This document shows positions 9,574-17,986 of a stretch of 32,000 nt of DNA, piece after piece. The stretch covers positions 70,036 to 102,035 of the forward strand of contig JBAZYK010000006.1 of NCBI GenBank assembly GCA_041659405.1. The letters are read 5' to 3'. The notes below the pieces were generated by a model. It did no database searches. It saw nothing but the letters and a program-made list of their open reading frames with translations, and was not told where the DNA came from. The stretch is from Candidatus Altimarinota bacterium (GTDB lineage: Bacteria > Patescibacteriota > Gracilibacteria > UBA1369). The translations under genes were made by a program, and so were the position numbers. Positions within the stretch are counted from its first letter, which is position 1; every line of letters starts with the position of its first letter.

Positions 9574-9602
9574 AGTTTATCGTAGAATTCCCAATTAGTC
9601 AA
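9574..9602 (-). promoter_or_regulatory. Putative promoter of toxin-antitoxin operon
   Basis: Minus strand TTGACT (9597-9602), 17-bp spacer, TAAACT (9574-9579); an inverted repeat TTATAGT-8-ACTATAA (9553-9574) touches the -10 box. Confidence 0.55.
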
Positions 9603-9693
9603 CGGATAGGGCGCAAGATTCACGGGCAAATAAGTCATTATTATTTGACATGTGGAAATATTTTCATAAAATGGAACCACATTATTCAAAATT

Positions 9694-9996
9694 ATGGCAT
9701 TTTCACAAGAAACAATCACAGCCCTTGGTCGCGAATATGACGACGCACTAAAAGTTGTTACTGAGGTCAAACAACAAAGACGAGTACTCAAATTAGCTGG
9801 TTTACCGGGAAAAATCGATAGTGGCCCACTCACAGTTATAAGAGCTACATTAGACAGCCTCACTAAAGCTTTAGAAGGAATTAATGATCCTAATCAAGAT
9901 GGCCCCAACCTTGTTGTAGCAAGATTGAGAAAAAAAGTAGGAACCTTGCAACGTTGTTTACTAGAGTTAGACCCAGTACAAAAAGAGGAAGCCTAA
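9694..9996 (+). CDS. Hypothetical protein (100 aa)
   Basis: Open frame MAFSQETITALGREYDDALKVVTEVKQQRRVLKLAGLPGKID...; helical, coding-like composition; no family recognised. Confidence 0.65.
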   Translation: MAFSQETITALGREYDDALKVVTEVKQQRRVLKLAGLPGKIDSGPLTVIRATLDSLTKALEGINDPNQDGPNLVVARLRKKVGTLQRCLLELDPVQKEEA

Positions 9997-10137
9997 TAGA
10001 ATCCATCCCGCGCAGTCAGCTCAAGCCCTTGCCAAATTTCAAATTCCGTATACAATTAACAAGCTCTACCAGTGAATGATCGCTGCAGCTTTCTTTTCTA
10101 AAAAAAAGCATGAACGAAAAAGCTTGAAGCAAAGCGT

Positions 10138-10185
10138 GAATTATTTTGGGATTGGGTCTCGTGGGTCCCAATCCCAAAATAATTC
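10138..10185. repeat. Perfect 19-bp inverted repeat upstream of rnpB
   Basis: GAATTATTTTGGGATTGGG (10138-10156) / CCCAATCCCAAAATAATTC (10167-10185), 10-nt loop; partial outward extension via AAAAGCTT on both sides. Confidence 0.9.
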
Positions 10186-10221
10186 CGCTACCGCGAAAAG
10201 CTTTTAAGTGAATACAATATA

Positions 10222-10684
10222 GGGAAAGAGAGCACCACGAGAGAAAACCGTCAGGTTGTCTCTCGTGAACTGCAGAGGAAAGTCCGAGCACCATGGAACA
10301 GGATGGCTTCTAACGGAAGCGGCTCAGCATGAAAGTGTTGAGTACGGAAAGTACCACAGAGACTATGAAAGCTGCGCGCAAGCGTAGCCAAAGGTGAAAA
10401 GCCCAGTCGTAAAGCGTAAAATTCCAGGCCGCGGCGCAAGCCAATAAGCCAGAATGTAACGCCAGACAGGGCGCCCCTCGGTGACGAGGAGACGTGGCAA
10501 ACCCTATCCGGTGCAAGGTGGGATGGAAGAAAAAGATCAAGTTTTGTTCCAAAACCTTTTTCTGCCCACCGCACGATTTCATAGGCAACTATGAAACAAG
10601 AGAGATGATCATACTTTGTTTATGCGCCGCAAGGTGCATCAACAGAGAACAAAACTCGGCTTATGATCTGGTAGAGCAATATTG
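10222..10684 (+). ncRNA. rnpB: RNase P RNA (bacterial type A-like); ends approximate
   Basis: Conserved elements in order: P3-like stem CACGAGAGA...TCTCTCGTG, GAGGAAAGTCCGAGCACCATGGAACAGG, GGAAAGTACCACAGAGAC, CCAAAGGTGAAAAGCCC, GGCAAACCCTATCCGGTGCAAGG and a 3' ACAAAACTCGGCTTATGATCTGGT. Confidence 0.92.
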
Positions 10685-10813
10685 AAAACCAAAAATTATC
10701 GCAAAATCCATCCCCATCCGCTATACTTGCGAAGGTTTTTGAATTGCGCGACTTTGCTGCACGACCATGCCCGCAACTTTCTCGCAAACTCCCACGCACC
10801 CTCACACCCGCAC

Positions 10814-12256
10814 ATGAAACGTTCCGAAATCGCTTTTGGCTTACTGCGCATCCCCATCGACTTTTTGATGACCCTCTTCGCCTTTTTGTTGGCGTATCGC
10901 ATCAGAGCGATTGTGGATTTAATTCCCGGAATTCATCTTCCTTTAGACCTGGAATCGTTTCCGTCACTCGACCAATACGTCCAATTCAGCATCACCGGCG
11001 CGCTGGCACTTGTGGCGCTTTTTGCCTTAAACAAAATGTATTCGCTCAAATCCACCACCGGCAAAGGCCGCGAACTCGGGCAAGTCATCATCACCACAAT
11101 TATCTGGTTAATGCTGATTATTGCCTACTTTTTTCTGACCAGAACCTTTCCATTTTCACGCCTTGCCTTAATTTACACCTGGGTTTTAACAATCCTGCTT
11201 ATTTCCGTTGGAAGGCTATTTATCCGCATGCTGCAGCACTTTATTCTACTCGCCGGAATCGGCAAAAAAAGAATTGTTTTTGTGGGCGATAACGAAATCA
11301 GCCAAAAACTTTATAAAATGCTCAAAAAAGACAGCAGTTATGTCTGTTTGGGTGTGATTGATGAGCACGAAAATCCCAAATACGAACTCCCCTCTTTGGG
11401 ATCGCTTAAAGATCTGGCGCAAATCGTCAAAAATCATGAAGTTGAAGAAATCATTCAAACCAAATCCGACCTTAAAAAAGAAGAAGCCACCCAGTTGTTG
11501 GAATTCTGCCGCGAAAATCACTTAAGTTTTAGTTTTGTGCCGAGTTTGCTGGAGGTTCAGCAGACCAATGTGGAAACCATTGCGATGGCCGGAATCCCTG
11601 TAATTAAGCTTAAACCGACTGCGCTTGATGGCTGGAGCAAAATCATTAAAAGAATTTTTGATATTTTTGGAGGAATTATTGGTCTGATTATTTTTTCTCC
11701 GATTTTTTTGGTAATTGCGATTGCGATTAAACTTGATTCCAAAGGCACAATTTTCTTTAAATTTTTGGATGATGGATCCCGCGTAAAGCGCGTTGGTGAA
11801 CACGGCCGGCTTTTCTATTTTTACAAATTCCGCACGATGCACCCAAAAACGCACAACCTGCGCTACACCGAACTGGCCAAGCAAAACACGCGCAGTGATT
11901 CCCCGCTTGTGAAGATTAAAAACGATCCACGAGTGACTAAAGTCGGCAAGTTCCTGCGCAAAACCAGCCTGGACGAACTTCCACAACTCCTCAATGTTTT
12001 AAAAGGTGAAATGAGTTTGGTTGGCCCCCGCCCGCATTTGCCGGAAGAGGTCGCCAAATACCAAAAACGCCACCGGTTTGTGCTGACAATTAAGCCCGGA
12101 ATTACCGGTCTGGCCCAAATCAGCGGCCGCAGCGACCTGAATTTCGAAGAAGAAATCCGCCTGGACACTTTCTACATTGAACACTGGTCTTTATGGCTTG
12201 ATATAAAGATAATCCTAAAAACTTTCCTGATTCCGTTTAAGCGATATGAGGAATAG
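10814..12256 (+). CDS. Exopolysaccharide/undecaprenyl-phosphate sugar phosphotransferase (polyprenyl glycosylphosphotransferase family)
   Basis: N-terminal multi-TM plus CoA-binding-like domain, C-terminal bacterial sugar transferase domain ([33 protein letters not shown]...FYKFRTM...[33 protein letters not shown]...[14 protein letters not shown]). ATG 10814 chosen because the upstream ORF extension overlaps rnpB. Confidence 0.9.
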   Translation: MKRSEIAFGLLRIPIDFLMTLFAFLLAYRIRAIVDLIPGIHLPLDLESFPSLDQYVQFSITGALALVALFALNKMYSLKSTTGKGRELGQVIITTIIWLMLIIAYFFLTRTFPFSRLALIYTWVLTILLISVGRLFIRMLQHFILLAGIGKKRIVFVGDNEISQKLYKMLKKDSSYVCLGVIDEHENPKYELPSLGSLKDLAQIVKNHEVEEIIQTKSDLKKEEATQLLEFCRENHLSFSFVPSLLEVQQTNVETIAMAGIPVIKLKPTALDGWSKIIKRIFDIFGGIIGLIIFSPIFLVIAIAIKLDSKGTIFFKFLDDGSRVKRVGEHGRLFYFYKFRTMHPKTHNLRYTELAKQNTRSDSPLVKIKNDPRVTKVGKFLRKTSLDELPQLLNVLKGEMSLVGPRPHLPEEVAKYQKRHRFVLTIKPGITGLAQISGRSDLNFEEEIRLDTFYIEHWSLWLDIKIILKTFLIPFKRYEE

Positions 12257-12285
12257 TGGAGCTAAATGAAAACAGCTCCTCCCAA

Positions 12286-13380
12286 CTACTTTCTAAGATA
12301 ATTAATCACGCCTTCAGCTTTTGCGGTTAATTCGTATTTACCACCCGGTAATTTTTCGAGCAAATCTTCTTCAATTAAGAAACTAATCTGCTCGGCAGCC
12401 CCCTTAAAACTACTAATCAATCCACTTATATCACCGGTCCCCGTCCTATAAGTTACCATCAAAACAATCACAGCCTGTGGCCGAGCCCTTAAACTGGCAA
12501 TAAGCTCCAGTTTAACCAGTATTTCCCTTAACCTGGAAATTGCGATTGCCTGTTTTAATTCCAAAACAAGTTTTGAATCTGTAAGATTTAGAGTTGTGGC
12601 TTTTGAAAGTATTGCCTCTGATAATTCGGCTCTCTCCCCGGATTCGGCAATCTTGGTTTGAACTTCGGCACAAATTGTTTCTGGTCCTGGAGCTTGTGTT
12701 GAACAATAATCGGGATAAGCATGCGTTTTCCTGTCCCTGGGATCAGCCACGGGCACTTTAGCTGTAACATCAACTGCAAAGATCACTTCGATTTCTTCTT
12801 TAAACGTTCTGTCAGCCAAACCACGCACAAAGGCAATCTCTTTAACAATTAGTTCTAAAGCACGATCATATATTTCCTTTTCAGCAGGAGACAATTGTCT
12901 AATATTTCTTCTGGAAGATAGATCACGGAAAACCTCAGCCAAATCATAAATGTTTCCGGTTGCAAGTTTAATCTTTAAATTTTTAAAATGCCTATACCAG
13001 TCTGCCCCACTGATAGATAATTTAGCGGGTTGTTCATGAAATATCTTAAAAACTTCACGAACTTCTGCCTCGCCAATCAACGGACGAAGACCTAAAGTTC
13101 GTGCCGTTTCAACAGGAACTATTATCTTATGATTGGTTCGATTGAGAGTTGAAAGTGGAGTCGCAACAACCCCGAGTACGTAACATTTCTGCCGATTTCC
13201 AGCCATGTCATTTTCTTCTATCGCAATCACCTCCACAACACCCTGCCCGGGATAAACAACTTTATCACCAACTTTAAAATCGCCTTCAGGCGCAGAAAGA
13301 GTATCGGCAACAACCGGAGCAACAGGGCTTGCAAACGGCACTGCCGGGTCTAGATCATCATGTATTCCTTCTGCAGCCAT
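12286..13380 (-). CDS. CarD-family (CdnL/TRCF RNAP-interacting domain) protein with long C-terminal extension
   Basis: 364 aa; residues ~34-115 (FKVGDKVVYPGQGVVEVIAIEE...HKIIVPVETARTLGLRPLIGEAEVREVFKIF) have the CarD/RID pattern; ~250 extra C-terminal aa. Confidence 0.75.
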   Translation of the reverse strand: MAAEGIHDDLDPAVPFASPVAPVVADTLSAPEGDFKVGDKVVYPGQGVVEVIAIEENDMAGNRQKCYVLGVVATPLSTLNRTNHKIIVPVETARTLGLRPLIGEAEVREVFKIFHEQPAKLSISGADWYRHFKNLKIKLATGNIYDLAEVFRDLSSRRNIRQLSPAEKEIYDRALELIVKEIAFVRGLADRTFKEEIEVIFAVDVTAKVPVADPRDRKTHAYPDYCSTQAPGPETICAEVQTKIAESGERAELSEAILSKATTLNLTDSKLVLELKQAIAISRLREILVKLELIASLRARPQAVIVLMVTYRTGTGDISGLISSFKGAAEQISFLIEEDLLEKLPGGKYELTAKAEGVINYLRK

Positions 13381-13400
13381 AGTAATAAAAAATCAAGTGC

Positions 13401-13565
13401 CTACGCCGCACGATTAAACAATCCCATTTTTTCCATTTCTGCTAACCTTTTAGCTTGCATACCGGCAATTTTTTTATCATCGCATGGTACTGCAATAGTT
13501 TCACTTAGATCTGCTGTTACAACAACTGATTCACCTTCACCTGGTCCGTCTTTTAATTGTGCCAT
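13401..13565 (-). CDS. Small hypothetical protein (54 aa), first gene before the CarD-like gene
   Basis: MAQLKDGPGEGESVVVTADLSETIAVPCDDKKIAGMQAKRLAEMEKMGLFNRAA*; same strand, 20 nt gap to the CarD-like start, promoter-like boxes upstream. Confidence 0.5.
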   Translation of the reverse strand: MAQLKDGPGEGESVVVTADLSETIAVPCDDKKIAGMQAKRLAEMEKMGLFNRAA

Positions 13566-13606
13566 AAAAATTAAATTAAAATATAGAAAATTTAATACAA
13601 GGGTAT

Positions 13607-13634
13607 ATTCTATCTAATCCCGTGATTTTGTCAA
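13607..13634 (-). promoter_or_regulatory. Putative promoter for small ORF + CarD-like gene
   Basis: Minus strand TTGACA (13629-13634), 16-bp spacer, TAGAAT (13607-13612). Confidence 0.55.
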
Positions 13635-13787
13635 TGTTTCCGCCGGAAAATCAACGCAAAAACATGGATGAACAGGTACTTTCAACAACACTACTTGAAT
13701 TAGCCATTGCCCATTTACTTTAAGCCAAAAATCTTTTAGACTCTTAAACGCGCTTTTAGCATAAAACTAATCATTAATTGAACTCCC

Positions 13788-16532
13788 GTGATCCACAAAA
13801 TTATCAACAAACTTCTGGGCGACCAAAACGAAAAAGAGCTCAAAAAGCTTTGGCCTTTGGTTGCCAAGGTTAACGCCGTCTATGAAGAGTACGAGAAAAA
13901 TCTGCCGGAATCCGACATCCCTAAAAAAACCGAGGAATTCAAAACTCGCCTAAAAAACGGAGAAACTCTGGATCAAATTATGCCGGAAGCATTCGCTTTG
14001 GTTAAACATGCCTGCAAAAAACTCATTGGCAAAAAATGGCTTGTGCGTGGCAACGAAACCACCTGGGACATGGTTCCTTTTGACGTTCAAATTCTTGGTG
14101 GAATCGTTCTTCATCAGGGCCGCATCGCCGAAATGAAAACGGGTGAAGGTAAAACTCTGGTTTGTACCATGCCGGTTTATCTTAATGCTCTTGCCGGAAA
14201 AGGCGTGCACGTTGTTACGGTTAATGACTATCTTGCTCATCGCGATTCCGAATGGATGGGCGGTCTTTTTAAATTCCTTGGTCTAACCGTTGGAATTGTT
14301 GTGCATGAACAGCCGCGTGAAGCCAAAAAAGAGGCTTACAACGCCGACATCACTTATGGCACAAACAACGAATTTGGTTTTGATTATCTGCGTGATAACA
14401 TGGCGCAAAGCCAGGAAAATATCGCTCAGCGTGAGCTTTCTTATGCCATTGTGGATGAAGTGGATTCCATTTTGATTGATGAGGCCAGAACGCCGTTAAT
14501 TATTTCCGCTCCGGCCGAGGAATCGACTTCCAAATATGTTCGTTATTCTCAGCTTGTACGCAATCTTTTGGAAGTAACCGATTATGTTATTGATGAAAAG
14601 CAAAAAACCGCAAGTTTGACCGAAGAAGGTATCGCCAAAATGGAAGGTCTTCTGGGGGTTGATAACATTTATACCGATGCCGGATTTAGTGAAGTACATC
14701 ACCTGGAACAGGCGCTCAAAGCTCAAACAGTTTATAAAAATGACATCGATTATGTGGTAAAAGATGGTGAAATTTTGATTGTTGATGAGTTTACCGGCCG
14801 CATTATGCCGGGTCGTCGTTACTCGGATGGTCTGCATCAGGCAATTGAAGCCAAAGAAGGTGTGGAAGTTAAGCGTGAAAGCCGCACACTCGCCACCATT
14901 ACTTTTCAAAATTATTTCCGTCTCTTTAAAAAATTGGCGGGCATGACCGGTACAGCACTAACAGAAGCCGAAGAATTCCTCCAAATTTACCGACTTGAAA
15001 CAATTGTGATTCCAACTCACCATGCGGTTCAAAGGTTGGATGGAGCCGACATGATCTACAAAAATCAGAAAGGCAAATACATGGCTGTCGCTAAAAAGGT
15101 TAAGGAATTATACGAAAAAGGTCAGCCGGTTTTGATTGGTACGATTTCGATTGAGAAATCCGAAATCATGAACAAATTGTTGCAAATGGAAGGCGTTCCG
15201 CACAATGTTTTGAATGCCAAAAATCACGAACGCGAAGCCGAAATCGTGGCAAAGGCAGGCCAAAAAGGAGCCGTTACCATTGCCACCAACATGGCCGGTC
15301 GTGGAACGGATATTAAACTTGGTGAAGGTGTTACAGATTTGGGTGGTTTAGTGGTGATTGCCACCGAGCGTCATGAAGCCCGCCGCATCGATAACCAGTT
15401 GCGTGGTCGTAGTGGTCGTCAGGGTGACCCGGGTGAAAGCCAATTTTTTGTTTCGATGGAGGATGATTTGATGCGTTTATTTGGTTCCGATCGCATTCAA
15501 AAAGTTATGGAAGGTTTAAATATGCCCGACGACATGCCAATTCAAAATAAGTGGATCAGCAATTCGATTGAAACTGCCCAAAAAAGCGTGGAAGGCCGCA
15601 ACTTTGATATTCGTAAACATATTGTTGAATACGACGACGTAATGAACAAACATCGTGAAATTATTTATTCCCGCCGTCACAAAGTTTTGCAGAGCGACAA
15701 CATCAAAAACGACATTATAATTCTGCTTGAAAAAGAAATTGAAAGTCTGGTTTTGCGTAACCGTAAAGAAGAAGCCGATCGTGACGAAAGCAAATATGAT
15801 TACGAAAAAATGCTGGAAGAAATAAACGCACTTCATAAAGATTCGGTTTATCCGCTTTCAATTGACCTTCTTTCCAAAGCGGACGATCAGGAAGATTTGA
15901 TCGAAGCCGTAAAATTGTACTTCTTCAAGGAGTACGAAGAAAAAGAAAAAATGTTGAAAGATTCTTCAATTATGCGCCAAATTGAACGCGGCATTTATTT
16001 GAATGTGATCGATACTTTTTGGATGGAGCACATCGACAACATGACCCATTTGCGTGAAGGTGTAGCCCTGCGCGGTTATGGCCAGCGCGACCCGTTGGTT
16101 GAATACAAAAAGGAAGCTTTCAGCATGTTCAGCAAGATGATGGTTGGAATTCAGGCAAATACGGTAACTACAATTTTCAAATTGAATTTAAAAGCTCAAC
16201 TACCGCAAGAAATGCTGCAAGTTGGCATGGCTCCAACAGTTCAAATGTTTACGAATGAAAACCAGATTGAATCGGTACTTTCCGGCGATCATGGCGGCGG
16301 CATGGTTTTAGGTGAGAGCACGAATACGGGTTTTGGCGCAGGTAGTGGCGCAAACATGAACTCAGGCTTTAGCGCGAACGGTGGCGCGGGCACGGGCGCA
16401 AGCGGCAATCCGACCATAATCAAAGCCGATTCAGCCCCAGCCGGAAGCCACAAACCGGAAATCGGCCGCAACGATCTATGCACCTGCGGAAGCGGAAAAA
16501 AATATAAGAAATGCCATCAGTTAGCCAAATGA
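13788..16532 (+). CDS. secA: Preprotein translocase ATPase SecA
   Basis: 914 aa: MKTGEGKTLVCTMPVYLNAL, VDEVDSILIDEARTPLIISAP, TNMAGRGTDIKL, GRSGRQGDPGESQFFVSMEDDLMRLFG, and C-terminal SEC-C CTCGSGKKYKKCH. Confidence 0.98.
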   Translation: MIHKIINKLLGDQNEKELKKLWPLVAKVNAVYEEYEKNLPESDIPKKTEEFKTRLKNGETLDQIMPEAFALVKHACKKLIGKKWLVRGNETTWDMVPFDVQILGGIVLHQGRIAEMKTGEGKTLVCTMPVYLNALAGKGVHVVTVNDYLAHRDSEWMGGLFKFLGLTVGIVVHEQPREAKKEAYNADITYGTNNEFGFDYLRDNMAQSQENIAQRELSYAIVDEVDSILIDEARTPLIISAPAEESTSKYVRYSQLVRNLLEVTDYVIDEKQKTASLTEEGIAKMEGLLGVDNIYTDAGFSEVHHLEQALKAQTVYKNDIDYVVKDGEILIVDEFTGRIMPGRRYSDGLHQAIEAKEGVEVKRESRTLATITFQNYFRLFKKLAGMTGTALTEAEEFLQIYRLETIVIPTHHAVQRLDGADMIYKNQKGKYMAVAKKVKELYEKGQPVLIGTISIEKSEIMNKLLQMEGVPHNVLNAKNHEREAEIVAKAGQKGAVTIATNMAGRGTDIKLGEGVTDLGGLVVIATERHEARRIDNQLRGRSGRQGDPGESQFFVSMEDDLMRLFGSDRIQKVMEGLNMPDDMPIQNKWISNSIETAQKSVEGRNFDIRKHIVEYDDVMNKHREIIYSRRHKVLQSDNIKNDIIILLEKEIESLVLRNRKEEADRDESKYDYEKMLEEINALHKDSVYPLSIDLLSKADDQEDLIEAVKLYFFKEYEEKEKMLKDSSIMRQIERGIYLNVIDTFWMEHIDNMTHLREGVALRGYGQRDPLVEYKKEAFSMFSKMMVGIQANTVTTIFKLNLKAQLPQEMLQVGMAPTVQMFTNENQIESVLSGDHGGGMVLGESTNTGFGAGSGANMNSGFSANGGAGTGASGNPTIIKADSAPAGSHKPEIGRNDLCTCGSGKKYKKCHQLAK

Positions 16533-16876
16533 ACACCTTCCTCACCAAATCCCAAAATTTCCTCAAATACCTGATTTTCACAATCATCGGGATGCTGGTG
16601 AGTTTTTTCCTTTTTGGAGCAGCCCTAAAAATCGGCTACAGCTTCAATCTGGAACTTTACGAAATCGTCCTGACTTTTTTTGCCGCACTCTACGGATTCA
16701 TCAAATTAAAAAAATTCAAAGCAGAACACACTAAAAACAAATTCCTGAAAATAATCGGAACCCAAAATCTGACAAAATCCATCCGCTACCTCATCTTAGG
16801 TTTAATGATCGGAAACGCACTCTATCTAATCACAATCATTGCCGGCGTAGCAACCCTGTCCGCACTGTTCAAATAA
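16529..16876 (+). CDS. Small hypothetical membrane protein (115 aa)
   Basis: ATG overlaps the secA stop (ATGA); four predicted hydrophobic segments. Confidence 0.7.
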   Translation: MNTFLTKSQNFLKYLIFTIIGMLVSFFLFGAALKIGYSFNLELYEIVLTFFAALYGFIKLKKFKAEHTKNKFLKIIGTQNLTKSIRYLILGLMIGNALYLITIIAGVATLSALFK

Positions 16877-16894
16877 GAAATGTTAATTGAAACA

Positions 16895-17083
16895 CTAAAC
16901 GATCCCGCTAATCTTCAGGTCTTTTATGTGATCCTCAGGGCTTTTTACAGCAAACTTTCCGGCAGCCAAATCAGCCTCGGATTCCTTTAAAGCAGTCTCC
17001 AATTCACATTCACGAAGATAATTATATTGATCCATAGTAAGGATAATAAAACTTTTCTCACCACGAATGGTGTACCATTGATT
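16895..17083 (-). pseudogene. Possible truncated Phd/YefM-like antitoxin remnant
   Basis: Minus-strand open frame NQWYTIRGEKSFIILTMDQYNYLRECELETALKESEADLAAGKFAVKSPEDHIKDLKISGIV*; antitoxin-like, but the only in-frame ATG (17035) is internal and a stop sits at 17084-17086. Confidence 0.4.
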
Positions 17084-17172
17084 TTAGCTTCATGTAAAGA
17101 TGGCGTTGGCCGCCAGTTGCCCAAAATACTTTTTTTTGCTAGCGTCACCCTGACATTTTATAACTAAAAATT

Positions 17173-17799
17173 ATGGATACTCCAAGAAATGCATTTTTTC
17201 AATATCCGGAAGGCCTTAATGAGGCAAAATTAGTCGAATTGATTCAGACTATTCTTGATGGAATTGATCGCGACCAATTGATGAAAGATGAACATTTGCC
17301 CATAGTTCGTCATCCTCTTCTTCAGGAAAGAATTGGCACTGAGGTTGCCCTAAACACAGAAATACACAATTTAATTTCCAACGTTGCTTCAAAAACAAGA
17401 TCAGATCAACCAACTGATGTTGAAGAAAAAATACTGCTCGCCAATGCTTCAAATCCTAAACAAATGGCCACAAGCCTTGCAGCATTTAAAGAAGCAATAA
17501 CAAAGCTTGCGCCATTAAACATAGACGAAATCTATCCAATAGACACATTCGTCAGTATGCTGTTAATGGGAAAATTAAAAATGCCTACGCATGCTCAAGA
17601 GGCCATTCTTTATCCCGCTGTAAATCATGACCTCTATGAATCCTCCAAAGACGAAATATTGGGAGTAATAGAAAATTGCAGAAAAAAGTTACTTTCATGG
17701 ATAGAAATTGCCGATGATAAAAAAGCTACAGAATTCGGCAAAGAAGTTAGCGCCGAAGCTGATTTTGCCAAAGACTGGTTCGAAAAAAGGGCAGCCTAG
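17173..17799 (+). CDS. Hypothetical protein (208 aa)
   Basis: Open frame MDTPRNAFFQYPEGLNEAKLVELIQTILDGIDRDQL...; coding-like composition; no family recognised. Confidence 0.7.
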   Translation: MDTPRNAFFQYPEGLNEAKLVELIQTILDGIDRDQLMKDEHLPIVRHPLLQERIGTEVALNTEIHNLISNVASKTRSDQPTDVEEKILLANASNPKQMATSLAAFKEAITKLAPLNIDEIYPIDTFVSMLLMGKLKMPTHAQEAILYPAVNHDLYESSKDEILGVIENCRKKLLSWIEIADDKKATEFGKEVSAEADFAKDWFEKRAA

Positions 17800-17986
17800 C
17801 CAACCAACAAGCCTTTTACGGCTTATTTAAGCTGTGCTGTTATAATTCAGCAGTTTGTTCCTACATCAGATATTGGTTTTTCTAGAATTGTAACAGTGAG
17901 TAAAGAACCATCTTTTAAACGACCCAAAAAGAAAAGAAAGGATCAAATCCAATTGGCAACCTCAGAACCAGCTTGGAGTTTTTAGA

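Noticed and set aside
10251-10685. Track ORFs over 10251-10685
   Set aside because: They overlap the conserved RNase P RNA and show no protein family character.
10682-10813. N-terminal extension of the sugar-transferase ORF
   Set aside because: It starts inside the RNase P RNA 3' end and has no membrane-protein character. ATG 10814 (MKRSEIAFG) fits better.
14496-14909. Antisense ORFs over secA, ftsH, ftsK, gltX and others in the track
   Set aside because: They lie antisense to strongly conserved coding genes and have no recognisable protein features; expected by chance from codon bias.
13788-16532. Alternative genetic code (TGA as Gly/Trp, as in Gracilibacteria/Absconditabacteria)
   Set aside because: SecA ends with its SEC-C motif at a TGA, and pta and the 107-aa gene also end in TGA at ATGA overlaps. 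Conserved domains read through without internal TGA, so the standard bacterial code fits.
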